Assembly: GCA_050740255.1 (NCBI GenBank)
Contig: JBOICV010000150.1
Span: forward strand, 22,048 to 86,047
Direction: 5' to 3'
Source: Nevskiales bacterium
GTDB taxonomy: Bacteria; Pseudomonadota; Gammaproteobacteria; Nevskiales; JBOICV01
Length of the DNA stretch: 64,000 bases
In this document: positions 16,771-24,634 of the stretch, piece after piece
Position numbering within the stretch: position 1 is the first letter of the stretch
How the letters are laid out: every line of letters starts with the position of its first letter
The notes under the pieces: model-generated
Told to the model about the DNA's origin: nothing
Databases searched by the model: none
What the model saw: the letters and a program-made list of their open reading frames with translations, nothing else
Program-made: the position numbers and the translations under genes

Positions 16771-18461
16771 TGCGCTGCGTTGCAGCGGTGCTGCTGATTT
16801 TTCTGGCGGCAGGTTGCAATCCCGTCGGCCAGGGCGAGGACACCCGGCTCGTTTCGCGCCTTACGCCGGAGAAAATTGACGGCAAATTCGTGCTGCGCCG
16901 TGCCAATGGCGCGGAGCCGGAGACGCTCGACCCGCACCGCGCGCAAAGCGCCAACGCGGCGAACATCATCCGCGATCTCTACGAAGGCCTGGTCGGGGCC
17001 GAGCCGGACGGCAGGCTCTCGCCAGCCGCTGCGCAGAGCTGGGAAGTCAGCGCCGACGGTAAAACCTACACCTTCCACCTGCGACCGAACGCACGCTGGT
17101 CCAATGGTGAAGCCGTTACCGCCAGCGATTTCGTCTACGGCCTGCGGCGCTGCGTGGATCCGGCCACGGGTTCGGCTTATGCGGAAATCCTGAAACCCAT
17201 TCAGAACGCGGAAGAGATCGTCGCCGGCAAGTTGAAACCAGACGCGCTCGCCGCCCAGGCGGCGAACGATCACACCCTGATCGTCCAGCTCAAGGCGCCC
17301 ACGCCGTATTTTCTGGGCATGCTGGCGCACACCAGCAGTTTTCCGGCCTGGCGCAAATCAATCGAAGCGCATGGCGACCAGTTCACGCGTCCCGGCAAGC
17401 ATGTGACCAACGGCGCTTACCGCATCAAGGAATGGGTCACCAGTTCCTACATTCTGATCGAGCGCAATCCCTACTACTGGGACAACGTGAACACGCGCCT
17501 GGACTATGTGCGTTATCTGCCGATCGAGAACACCGACTCCGAGTTCAAGCGTTATCTCTCCGGCGAAGTAGACTGGACCGGCGGCGTGCCGATTCCGCGG
17601 CTGGAAGCGGTGCGCAAGCAGCTGAAGGATCAGTTCTACATGTTCCCGACGTTGGGGGTGTACTACTACGGTCTGAATACAGAGCGCGCGCCGTTCAAGG
17701 GTAATACCAAATTGCGGCAGGCGTTGACGCTTGCCATTGACCGCAAAATCCTGGTTGAGAAAGTTACGCGCGGCGGCGAGATTCCTGCCTATGCCTGGGT
17801 GCCGCCCGGTGTCCACAACTACGAGCAGCAGCGCGTCGTCTGGGCCGAGTGGCCGCGTGACAAGCAACTCGCCGAGGCGCGGCGTTTATATCAGGAATCA
17901 GGTTACGCCAACGACGAGCCACTGGAACTGCGTTACAACACGCTGGAAGCGCACAAAAAGATTGCGGTCGCGATTGCCTATATGTGGAAACAGGCGCTGG
18001 GTGTGAAGGTGCGCCTGATCAACGAGGAGTGGAAGGTTTTTCTGCAGAACGTGCAGTACAAGAAAGTCACCCAGGTTTACCGGCTCGGCTGGTTCGGCGA
18101 CTACGACGATGCCAACACCTTCATGGAGCTGATGTACTCGCGCTTTGGCTTAAACGGCACCGGCTATCAGAGCGCGGAATACGATGCGCTGGTGGACAAG
18201 GCAAGTTACGAGGCCGATCCGGCTTACCGGCGCAAACTGCTGCAGGCCGCCGAACGCCAGTTGCTGAACGATTTGCCGATCATTCCGTTGTACCACTACG
18301 TCAACAAGCATTTGATGAAGCCCTACGTGAAGGGCTACGCCGGCAACGTACTGGATCATCACTACAGCAAGAATCTCTGGATCGAATGGCCGCTCCGCGC
18401 GCACTCCCAAGAATTACTTTCCCCTCCCCCCGAGGGAGGGGATACAGGGGAGGGGGCATAA
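16770..18461 (+). CDS. Peptide/nickel ABC transporter substrate-binding lipoprotein (family 5, OppA/DppA-like)
   Basis: ATG at 16770 overlaps the mnmG stop (TGATG). Lipobox LAAGC. About 560 aa with family-5 SBP-like motifs (ERNPYYWD, GWFGDYDDANTF). The C-terminal 14 aa are encoded by a family C REP. Confidence 0.9.
   Translation: MRCVAAVLLIFLAAGCNPVGQGEDTRLVSRLTPEKIDGKFVLRRANGAEPETLDPHRAQSANAANIIRDLYEGLVGAEPDGRLSPAAAQSWEVSADGKTYTFHLRPNARWSNGEAVTASDFVYGLRRCVDPATGSAYAEILKPIQNAEEIVAGKLKPDALAAQAANDHTLIVQLKAPTPYFLGMLAHTSSFPAWRKSIEAHGDQFTRPGKHVTNGAYRIKEWVTSSYILIERNPYYWDNVNTRLDYVRYLPIENTDSEFKRYLSGEVDWTGGVPIPRLEAVRKQLKDQFYMFPTLGVYYYGLNTERAPFKGNTKLRQALTLAIDRKILVEKVTRGGEIPAYAWVPPGVHNYEQQRVVWAEWPRDKQLAEARRLYQESGYANDEPLELRYNTLEAHKKIAVAIAYMWKQALGVKVRLINEEWKVFLQNVQYKKVTQVYRLGWFGDYDDANTFMELMYSRFGLNGTGYQSAEYDALVDKASYEADPAYRRKLLQAAERQLLNDLPIIPLYHYVNKHLMKPYVKGYAGNVLDHHYSKNLWIEWPLRAHSQELLSPPPEGGDTGEGA
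18418..18457. repeat. REP-like hairpin, family C (forms the SBP C-terminus and the oppB Shine-Dalgarno)
   Basis: TTTCCCCTCCCCCC-ga-GGGAGGGG-ata-CAGGGGAGGGGGC, followed by ataaaATG. Confidence 0.8.
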
Positions 18462-18462
18462 A

Positions 18463-19377
18463 ATGCTCAGCTACGCTTTCCGTCGTGCATTGGGCGCTCT
18501 GCCCACGCTGTTCGTGCTGCTCACACTGGCCTTCTTCATGATCCGGCTGGCGCCGGGTGGACCGTTCGACACGGATCGCGCGCTGCCGCCGGAGATCGAG
18601 GCCAATCTCAACAAGAAATACCATCTCGACGAGCCGCTGCCGAAGCAATACCTGCGTTATCTGGCGGATGTGCTGACCGGTGATTTCGGCCCGTCATTTC
18701 AGTATCGCGATCAGACCGTCAATCAGCTTATTGCAGACGGCTTTCCGGTCTCGCTAAGGCTCGGTCTGGGCGCGATCACCTTGGCGCTGCTGTTGGGGGT
18801 GCTGCTCGGCACGGCCGCAGCGCTGCGGCAGAACGGCCCCACCGACTACGGCGTGATGCTGTTTGCAATGCTCGGCATTTCCATTCCGGGATATGTGCTC
18901 GCTCCACTCATGATTCTCGGATTTGCGGTGTATCTGGGCTGGTTGCCGGCCGGTGGACTCGGTGGCTGGAAGAACTACATCATGCCGGTGCTGGCGCTGT
19001 CGGCTGCGCATACCGCATATATCGCGCGTCTTACGCGCGGCAGCATGATTGAAGTGCTGCGCTCCAATTTTCTGCGCACCGCCCGTGCCAAGGGCCTGCC
19101 GACCACGCAAGTGATTTTCCGGCATGCCTTGCCGGCGGCGATGGTGCCGGTGGTTTCCTTTCTCGGTCCGGCCACCGCGGGCATCATCACAGGTTCCGTG
19201 GTGATCGAAACCATCTTCGGCATTCCCGGCTTGGGCCGTTTCTTCGTGTTGGGCGCCTTGAATCGCGACTACACGCTGGTGATGGGCGTGGTGCTGTTCT
19301 ACGGCATGCTGATTATTCTGTTCAACTTCCTGGTGGATCTGCTGTATGCCTGGCTGGATCCGCGGGTGAAATACTGA
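18463..19377 (+). CDS. Peptide ABC transporter permease (OppB/DppB-like)
   Basis: 304 aa, 6 TM helices. LRRALGALPTLFVLLTLAFFMIRLAPGGPF is a typical N-terminus. EAA-loop region RTARAKGL. Confidence 0.92.
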   Translation: MLSYAFRRALGALPTLFVLLTLAFFMIRLAPGGPFDTDRALPPEIEANLNKKYHLDEPLPKQYLRYLADVLTGDFGPSFQYRDQTVNQLIADGFPVSLRLGLGAITLALLLGVLLGTAAALRQNGPTDYGVMLFAMLGISIPGYVLAPLMILGFAVYLGWLPAGGLGGWKNYIMPVLALSAAHTAYIARLTRGSMIEVLRSNFLRTARAKGLPTTQVIFRHALPAAMVPVVSFLGPATAGIITGSVVIETIFGIPGLGRFFVLGALNRDYTLVMGVVLFYGMLIILFNFLVDLLYAWLDPRVKY

Positions 19378-19388
19378 TGCCGGCTAAA

Positions 19389-19485
19389 GCCCTCACCCGC
19401 GCGCGCTGCGCGCGCACGGCCTCTCCCGGAGGGAGAGGCAAGAATAGTTCCCTCTCCCTCTGGGAGAGGGTCAGGGTGAGGGCGC
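19389..19485. repeat. Two family C REP units in head-to-head orientation
   Basis: GCCCTCACCC...CCTCTCCCGGAGGGAGAGG, a spacer, then CCCTCTCCCTCTGGGAGAGGGTCAGGGTGAGGGCGC. Ends 4 nt before the oppC ATG. Confidence 0.85.
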
Positions 19486-19489
19486 TTTG

Positions 19490-20380
19490 ATGTTCAGATC
19501 GAGCTCAGTTCTGAGAAAGGCCGGCGAAGTCAGCGGCCGCAGCCTCTGGCAGGACGCTTTCGCACGGCTGGCCGCCAATCCCGCCGCCCTGCTGAGCCTG
19601 CTGATACTCACCACGATGACCACGCTTACGCTGATCGGCCCCTGGGCCAGCAGCTTCGCCGTGGATGATCTTGACTGGGACGCAATCTGGCTGGCGCCGC
19701 AGTTCAGCGGCGTGCATCCGCTCGGCACTGACAGCCTCGGCCGCGATCTTTTCGTGCGGGTGCTGGAAGGGGGACGCGTGTCGCTGCTGGTCGGCGTCGT
19801 GTCCACGCTGGTCAGCCTGCTGGTCGGCGTGACCTATGGCGCGGTGGCCGGTTACTTCGGCGGCAAGGTGGATGCGGTCATGATGCGTATCGTGGATATC
19901 CTCTACGCGCTGCCGTTCATGTTCTTCGTGATCTTGCTGATGGTTTTCTTCGGCCGGCATCTGGTGCTGATTTTCGTCGCTATCGGCCTGGTCAACTGGC
20001 TGGACATGGCGCGCATCGTGCGCGGCCAGACGCTTTCGCTGAAGCACAAAGAGTTCATCGAGGCGGCGCGCATGGCGGGTGCGCCGAATGCGCGCATCAT
20101 CCGTCATCACATCGTGCCGAATCTGCTCGGCGTGGTAGTGGTGTACGCCACGTTGACGATCCCGCAGGTGATTCTGGTCGAGTCCTTCCTGAGCTTCCTC
20201 GGCCTGGGGGTACAGGAGCCGGCCACGAGTTGGGGTGCGTTGGTGAATGAAGGCGCGGCCGAGATGGAACGTGCGCCGTGGCTGCTGATTTATCCCGCCA
20301 GCTTTCTTGCCGTGACTCTGCTGTGTTTTAACTTTATTGGAGATGGATTAAGAGATGCGCTTGATCCCAAAGATCGCTGA
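19490..20380 (+). CDS. Peptide ABC transporter permease (OppC/DppC-like)
   Basis: GRSLWQDAFARL N-terminal motif as in OppC. 6 TM helices. C-terminal FIGDGLRDALDPKDR. Confidence 0.92.
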   Translation: MFRSSSVLRKAGEVSGRSLWQDAFARLAANPAALLSLLILTTMTTLTLIGPWASSFAVDDLDWDAIWLAPQFSGVHPLGTDSLGRDLFVRVLEGGRVSLLVGVVSTLVSLLVGVTYGAVAGYFGGKVDAVMMRIVDILYALPFMFFVILLMVFFGRHLVLIFVAIGLVNWLDMARIVRGQTLSLKHKEFIEAARMAGAPNARIIRHHIVPNLLGVVVVYATLTIPQVILVESFLSFLGLGVQEPATSWGALVNEGAAEMERAPWLLIYPASFLAVTLLCFNFIGDGLRDALDPKDR

Positions 20381-20403
20381 CACCATCGCACAAAAGTATC
20401 CAC

Positions 20404-20436
20404 CGTCATCCCGGCCAAGGAATGGCCGGGATCCAG
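20404..20436. repeat. Family B hairpin unit (short copy)
   Basis: CGTCATCCCGGCCAAGGAATGGCCGGGATCCAG, lying between oppC 3'-end copies 1 and 2. Confidence 0.75.
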
Positions 20437-20450
20437 TAACAGGGACGTTT

Positions 20451-20518
20451 GAACCCGACGGATTGCGCGATGCGCTCGATCCGAAGGACCGCTAGAAAGT
20501 GACCCCAAGGATCGCTAA
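20451..20518 (+). pseudogene. Two additional, non-translated copies of the oppC 3' end
   Basis: gac gga ttg cgc gat gcg ctc gat ccg aag gac cgc tag (DGLRDALDPKDR*), then gac ccc aag gat cgc taa (DPKDR*) overlapping the oppD ATG. They differ from the live copy only at synonymous sites. Confidence 0.7.
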
Positions 20519-21306
20519 TGCTGCTTGATGTGTCCCGCCTCAGCATCAGTTATCACACCCGTGACGGCTTGGTGGAAGCCGTCAAGGACCTGAGCTTTCA
20601 GCTCAACGAGGGCGAGACGCTTGGCGTGGTCGGCGAATCCGGCTCCGGCAAGACGCAGGCCGCGATGGCGATCATGGGCGTGCTCGACCGCAATGCCGAA
20701 GTCAGCGGCTCAGTGAGATGGGAAGGTCAGGAGCTGGTCGGCGCCAGGGCGACGGTGCTGAACAACATCCGCGGCGATCAGATCGCGATGATTTTCCAGG
20801 ACCCGATGACTTCGCTAAATCCGCATTTGCGGATCCGCACGCAGATGACGGAAGTGCTGCGCGAGCACAAGAATATGAATGAGAAGCAGGCGCAGCAGCG
20901 CGCCATCGAAATGTTGCAGGCGGTAAAGATCCCCGACGCCGCGCGGCGCATCGAGCAGTATCCACACGAGTTTTCCGGCGGCATGCGCCAGCGTGTGATG
21001 ATTGCGACCAGTCTGCTGTGTGAACCCAAACTGCTGATTGCCGACGAACCCACCACCGCGCTGGATGTAACGGTGCAGGCGGAGATACTCAGATTGATTC
21101 GCGAGCTGCGCACGCGTATGGGTACGGCGCTGATTCTGATCACCCATGATATGGGTGTCGTGGCCGGTAACTGCGAGCGCGTGCTGGTAATGCACGAGGG
21201 TGCGTTGCAGGAATCCGGCACCGCGGAAGAAATTTTCTATAACCCGCGCCGGCCTTATACGCAGAGGCTGCTCGCCGCTGTTCAGCGGCTGGAGCCCATT
21301 CAGTGA
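20518..21306 (+). CDS. Peptide ABC transporter ATP-binding protein (OppD/DppD-like, short form)
   Basis: Walker A GESGSGKT, signature FSGGMRQR, Walker B LLIADEPTTALD, H-loop ITHDM. Ends soon after PYTQRLL, so it lacks the Cys-rich C-terminal extension. Confidence 0.92.
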   Translation: MLLDVSRLSISYHTRDGLVEAVKDLSFQLNEGETLGVVGESGSGKTQAAMAIMGVLDRNAEVSGSVRWEGQELVGARATVLNNIRGDQIAMIFQDPMTSLNPHLRIRTQMTEVLREHKNMNEKQAQQRAIEMLQAVKIPDAARRIEQYPHEFSGGMRQRVMIATSLLCEPKLLIADEPTTALDVTVQAEILRLIRELRTRMGTALILITHDMGVVAGNCERVLVMHEGALQESGTAEEIFYNPRRPYTQRLLAAVQRLEPIQ

Positions 21307-22304
21307 CCGTCCCCGCCATCGCCACCGCTTCCGCCCTGCTCACGGTGCGGCAATTGCGGGTCTATTTCCCGCCGCTCAGCCGCTTCGGCCGCACCAGGAG
21401 CGGACCGGTGAAAGCGGTGGATGGTATCCAGCTTGATCTCAACGCCGGCGAAACCCTCGGCATCGTCGGTGAATCGGGTTGCGGCAAATCTACCCTGGCA
21501 CGTGCATTAGTAGGGCTGCAGCCGGTGACTGCCGGCGCCGTGCTGCTCGACGGCCAGGACATCACCCGCTTCGGCGAACAGGGCTGGCGCCAGTTGCGCC
21601 GGCAGATGCAAATGGTGTTTCAGGATCCGCTGGCCAGCCTTAATCCGCGCCTGACCATCGGCCAGAACATCGCGGAGCCGCTGATCAATCTGTTCCCGGA
21701 ACTGGACGCAGCGCAGAAATGGGAAAGAGTGCTGGAAATTTTGCCCAAGGTCGGTTTGAAACCCGAGCACGCTAACCGTTATCCGCACGAATTTTCCGGC
21801 GGCCAGAATCAGCGCACCGGCATCGCGCGCGCGCTGGTGGTGCGGCCACGCGTGCTGGTCTGCGACGAGGCGGTAAGTGCGCTGGATGTGACCGTGCAGG
21901 CGCAAATTGTCGAGTTGCTGATGCAGTTGCAGCGCGAGATGAACCTGGCGATGATTTTCATCGCGCACGATCTTTCCGTAGTGCGCAAGATAAGCCACCG
22001 CGTGCTGGTGATGTACCTGGGCAAAATCATGGAGCAGGCCCCCACCGCGCAATTATTCCGCGAGCCGCGTCATCCCTATACGCGTGCGCTGCTGGCGGCG
22101 GTGCCGATTCCCGATCCGCGCGCTGAACGCGCGCGCGAGAAAATCATTCTGGAGGGGGAGCTGCCGTCGCCGGCTGATCCGCCCGAAGGCTGCGTGTTCA
22201 GAACGCGCTGCCCGATTGCCGACAATATCTGCGGTCAGCAGATACCGGGGCTGCGCAAGCTGTCCGGCGGCAGCTACGCCGCCTGTCATTTTGTGGCGGG
22301 CTGA
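21303..22304 (+). CDS. Peptide ABC transporter ATP-binding protein (OppF/DppF-like)
   Basis: GTG start overlaps the upstream stop. Walker A GESGCGKST, signature FSGGQNQR, Walker B VLVCDEAVSALD. C-terminal EGCVFRTRCPIADNIC. Confidence 0.92.
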   Translation: MTVPAIATASALLTVRQLRVYFPPLSRFGRTRSGPVKAVDGIQLDLNAGETLGIVGESGCGKSTLARALVGLQPVTAGAVLLDGQDITRFGEQGWRQLRRQMQMVFQDPLASLNPRLTIGQNIAEPLINLFPELDAAQKWERVLEILPKVGLKPEHANRYPHEFSGGQNQRTGIARALVVRPRVLVCDEAVSALDVTVQAQIVELLMQLQREMNLAMIFIAHDLSVVRKISHRVLVMYLGKIMEQAPTAQLFREPRHPYTRALLAAVPIPDPRAERAREKIILEGELPSPADPPEGCVFRTRCPIADNICGQQIPGLRKLSGGSYAACHFVAG

Positions 22305-22313
22305 CGGCAACCG

Positions 22314-22589
22314 CTATTTGTCGGGGAGTGTCTTCGCGAGATCCGCATCATCCAGCACGGGAATGATCTCGTGCGCCCCATGCTCAGTCCACTGCCGCAG
22401 CCATCCGGAAAGCAGCGCCAGATCGGGTGTCTCGACGAACACATAACTGGTATCGAAGCTTGCCGAAAACCAGCGACCGAGCCGTTTCACTCCGGGCGGT
22501 GGATTACGGTCCGGGGATTCGAGATAGCGTGTGAGAGCGGTTTCCGCACTTTCCCCGACGTGGAGTTTTGAGATGATGAGCAACTTCAC
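22314..22589 (-). CDS. Small conserved protein (DUF3303-like, tentative)
   Basis: 91-aa ORF filling the gap on the minus strand, with coding-like composition. The family name is a recollection only. Confidence 0.4.
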   Translation of the reverse strand: MKLLIISKLHVGESAETALTRYLESPDRNPPPGVKRLGRWFSASFDTSYVFVETPDLALLSGWLRQWTEHGAHEIIPVLDDADLAKTLPDK

Positions 22590-22686
22590 GCGGATCTCCT
22601 GGATGGTGAAACAGCAGCTAAAGTTTACTTAAGCTTGGATGGAAAAGTCATGCCGGAGTTCAGCACCGGCTCGCCGTATCCGATAT

Positions 22687-23511
22687 CTAGGCTTCAATCA
22701 GGCCAGCGCTGGGCCGGCCGAACAACTGTGAGAACCGTCCGCGCCAGGTTTTGCAGCGCCAGAAGCCGCGCCACATCGCTACCCACTCGTGAAAGGCGAT
22801 CATGATCGGGTTGAAAGTTTGAACATTCCTGGTCAGGCCGTACTTAACTTTTTCGACTTCCGGCTCGAAGCTGCCGAACAATTTGTCCCAGACGATAAAG
22901 ATGCCGGCGTAGTTCCTGTCTATGTACTGCGGATTGCTGCCGTGATGCACGCGGTGGTGCGAAGGCGTGTTCATGACCCACTCCAGCGGCCCCAGCTTCT
23001 TGATGGACTCGGTGTGAATCCAGAATTGATATAGCAGCGAAATCGCCTGCTGTGTGATGATCATCAGCGGATGAAAGCCGATCAATGCGAGCGGCGCCCA
23101 GAAGATGAAACCGGTCATCGGCGTGGTCCAGCTCTGGCGCAGCGCAACCGCCAGGTTGAAGCGCTGGCTGGAATGATGATTCACATGCGCCGCCCACATG
23201 AAGCGGATTTCGTGGTGCAGACGGTGAAACCAGTAGTAAAAGAAGTCCTCCAGCACAATCAGCAATGCCCAGCTCCACCAGGTATTGGCGGGGATTTCGA
23301 ACCAGCGGTATTGGTAGATCCAGGCGAACAGCGCGCCCATCGCCAGCGCCTTCCAGGCCGCACTGATGATGACGTTGCCCAGCCCCATCGTCAGGCAGGC
23401 CATCGAGTCCCGCCATTCATAGAGCTGCTGTCGGCTGGCGCGCGCGTACCAGAGCTCCCCGCCGATCAGCAGCAAAAACGCCGGGATGGAAAAGTAAATA
23501 AGGGCGGACAT
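22687..23511 (-). CDS. Fatty acid hydroxylase / sterol desaturase family membrane protein
   Basis: Three His boxes (HRLHHE, HVNHHS, HHRVHH) and 4 or more TM helices. Confidence 0.85.
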   Translation of the reverse strand: MSALIYFSIPAFLLLIGGELWYARASRQQLYEWRDSMACLTMGLGNVIISAAWKALAMGALFAWIYQYRWFEIPANTWWSWALLIVLEDFFYYWFHRLHHEIRFMWAAHVNHHSSQRFNLAVALRQSWTTPMTGFIFWAPLALIGFHPLMIITQQAISLLYQFWIHTESIKKLGPLEWVMNTPSHHRVHHGSNPQYIDRNYAGIFIVWDKLFGSFEPEVEKVKYGLTRNVQTFNPIMIAFHEWVAMWRGFWRCKTWRGRFSQLFGRPSAGLIEA

Positions 23512-23550
23512 CGAAACTCCTCTCCGCCCTGGATTTTACCCCACCCGCGC

Positions 23551-23635
23551 CGTCATTCCGGCCAAGGCCGTTGCACGGCCGTGAGCCGGAATCTTGCGCC
23601 TGTGATTGATTCCCGCCTTCGGAAGAACGCCGGGG
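23551..23635. mobile_element. MITE-like element, family B variant
   Basis: CGTCATTCCGGCCAAGGCCGTTGCACGGCCGTGAGCCGGAAT hairpin, followed by GATTCCCGCCTTCGGAAGAACGCCGGGG. Confidence 0.7.
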
Positions 23636-24391
23636 CTAACAGTTCGGCCGCTTGCCGCTCGCCTGTGCTTGTTGGTAAACCGGCACATACTGCGGTGCCG
23701 CCTTCTGCAAATCGCGGATGCGGTTTTTGCTCGAAGGATGGGTGGAGAGGAATTGCGGTGGACCCTTGCCGCTGGCCCGCTGCATGTTCTGCCACAGGGC
23801 TACGCTCTCACTGGGATGAAAGCCCGCGCGCGACATGAATTTCAGCCCCAGCCCGTCCGCCGCGCTTTCCTGACCGCGCGAAAAGGGCAGCAGTACGCCG
23901 AATTGCGCGCCCAGCCCGAGTGCCGCCATCGCCGTGCGGCTTTGGCCCAGGTTGGTGAAGCCTTCAAGCGCGCGCAAACCGAGGTCGGTAACTACCGAGG
24001 TAGACACGCGCTGATTGGCGTGCTCGGCCTGCACGTGGCCGATTTCGTGGCCCAGCACGGCTGCCAGCTGACCTTGGGTGGTCGCCACTTGAAGCAGGCC
24101 TTCGTAGACACCGATCTTGCCGCCCGGCAGCGCGAAGGCATTTGCCTCCTTGCCGGCAAACAAATTGACTTCCCATTTGCCGCCGACTTCGCGCGTGAGC
24201 GCCTGCGCGACGCACTGTACCCGCGCAGTGCCGCGCGCGTCCTTGGAAATCGGCGTCTTCTTCTTGATTTCCGTGTAAGCCTCATCGCCCATCTGGTCCA
24301 TCTGTCTATCCGAAAACAGCGCGAGCTTGAAGGCCAGCGCGGAGCTGCTGGCGAACAGGCAGATCAGGAGAACCGCAAGCCGGGAATGCAT
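23636..24391 (-). CDS. M48-family zinc metallopeptidase, secreted or lipoprotein
   Basis: Signal peptide MHSRLAVLLICLFASSSALA. HEIGH zinc motif (LGHEIGHVQAEH). Downstream E in SRGQESAADGLG. Confidence 0.85.
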   Translation of the reverse strand: MHSRLAVLLICLFASSSALAFKLALFSDRQMDQMGDEAYTEIKKKTPISKDARGTARVQCVAQALTREVGGKWEVNLFAGKEANAFALPGGKIGVYEGLLQVATTQGQLAAVLGHEIGHVQAEHANQRVSTSVVTDLGLRALEGFTNLGQSRTAMAALGLGAQFGVLLPFSRGQESAADGLGLKFMSRAGFHPSESVALWQNMQRASGKGPPQFLSTHPSSKNRIRDLQKAAPQYVPVYQQAQASGKRPNC

Positions 24392-24634
24392 GGTGAACCT
24401 CGTTATGCAATGGAACGAATCATGGAACGGTAAATCTATCGGGTACGAAGCGGCGTCTTAGCTACCGACCTTGGGCGCTGCGCCGTCCGCAGAAGCTTTG
24501 AAAATGGCTTTGGTCACAAGTTCCGCGGCGGCGCCTTTGGCACCGGCATTTTACGCCCTCGCCTGAACCCAGCTTAGGCAATAGACGCTGAACGGTGTCT
24601 GAACGCCTGTAAAATCGCGCCCGTGGAAGACCCC

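Noticed and set aside
14830-19485. Possibility that the recurring CCCTCTCCC/GGGAGAGGG hairpins form a CRISPR array.
   Set aside because: The copies are kilobases apart, lie in both orientations, vary in sequence, and sit in different genes or spacers. There are no regular repeat-spacer periodicity, leader or cas genes.
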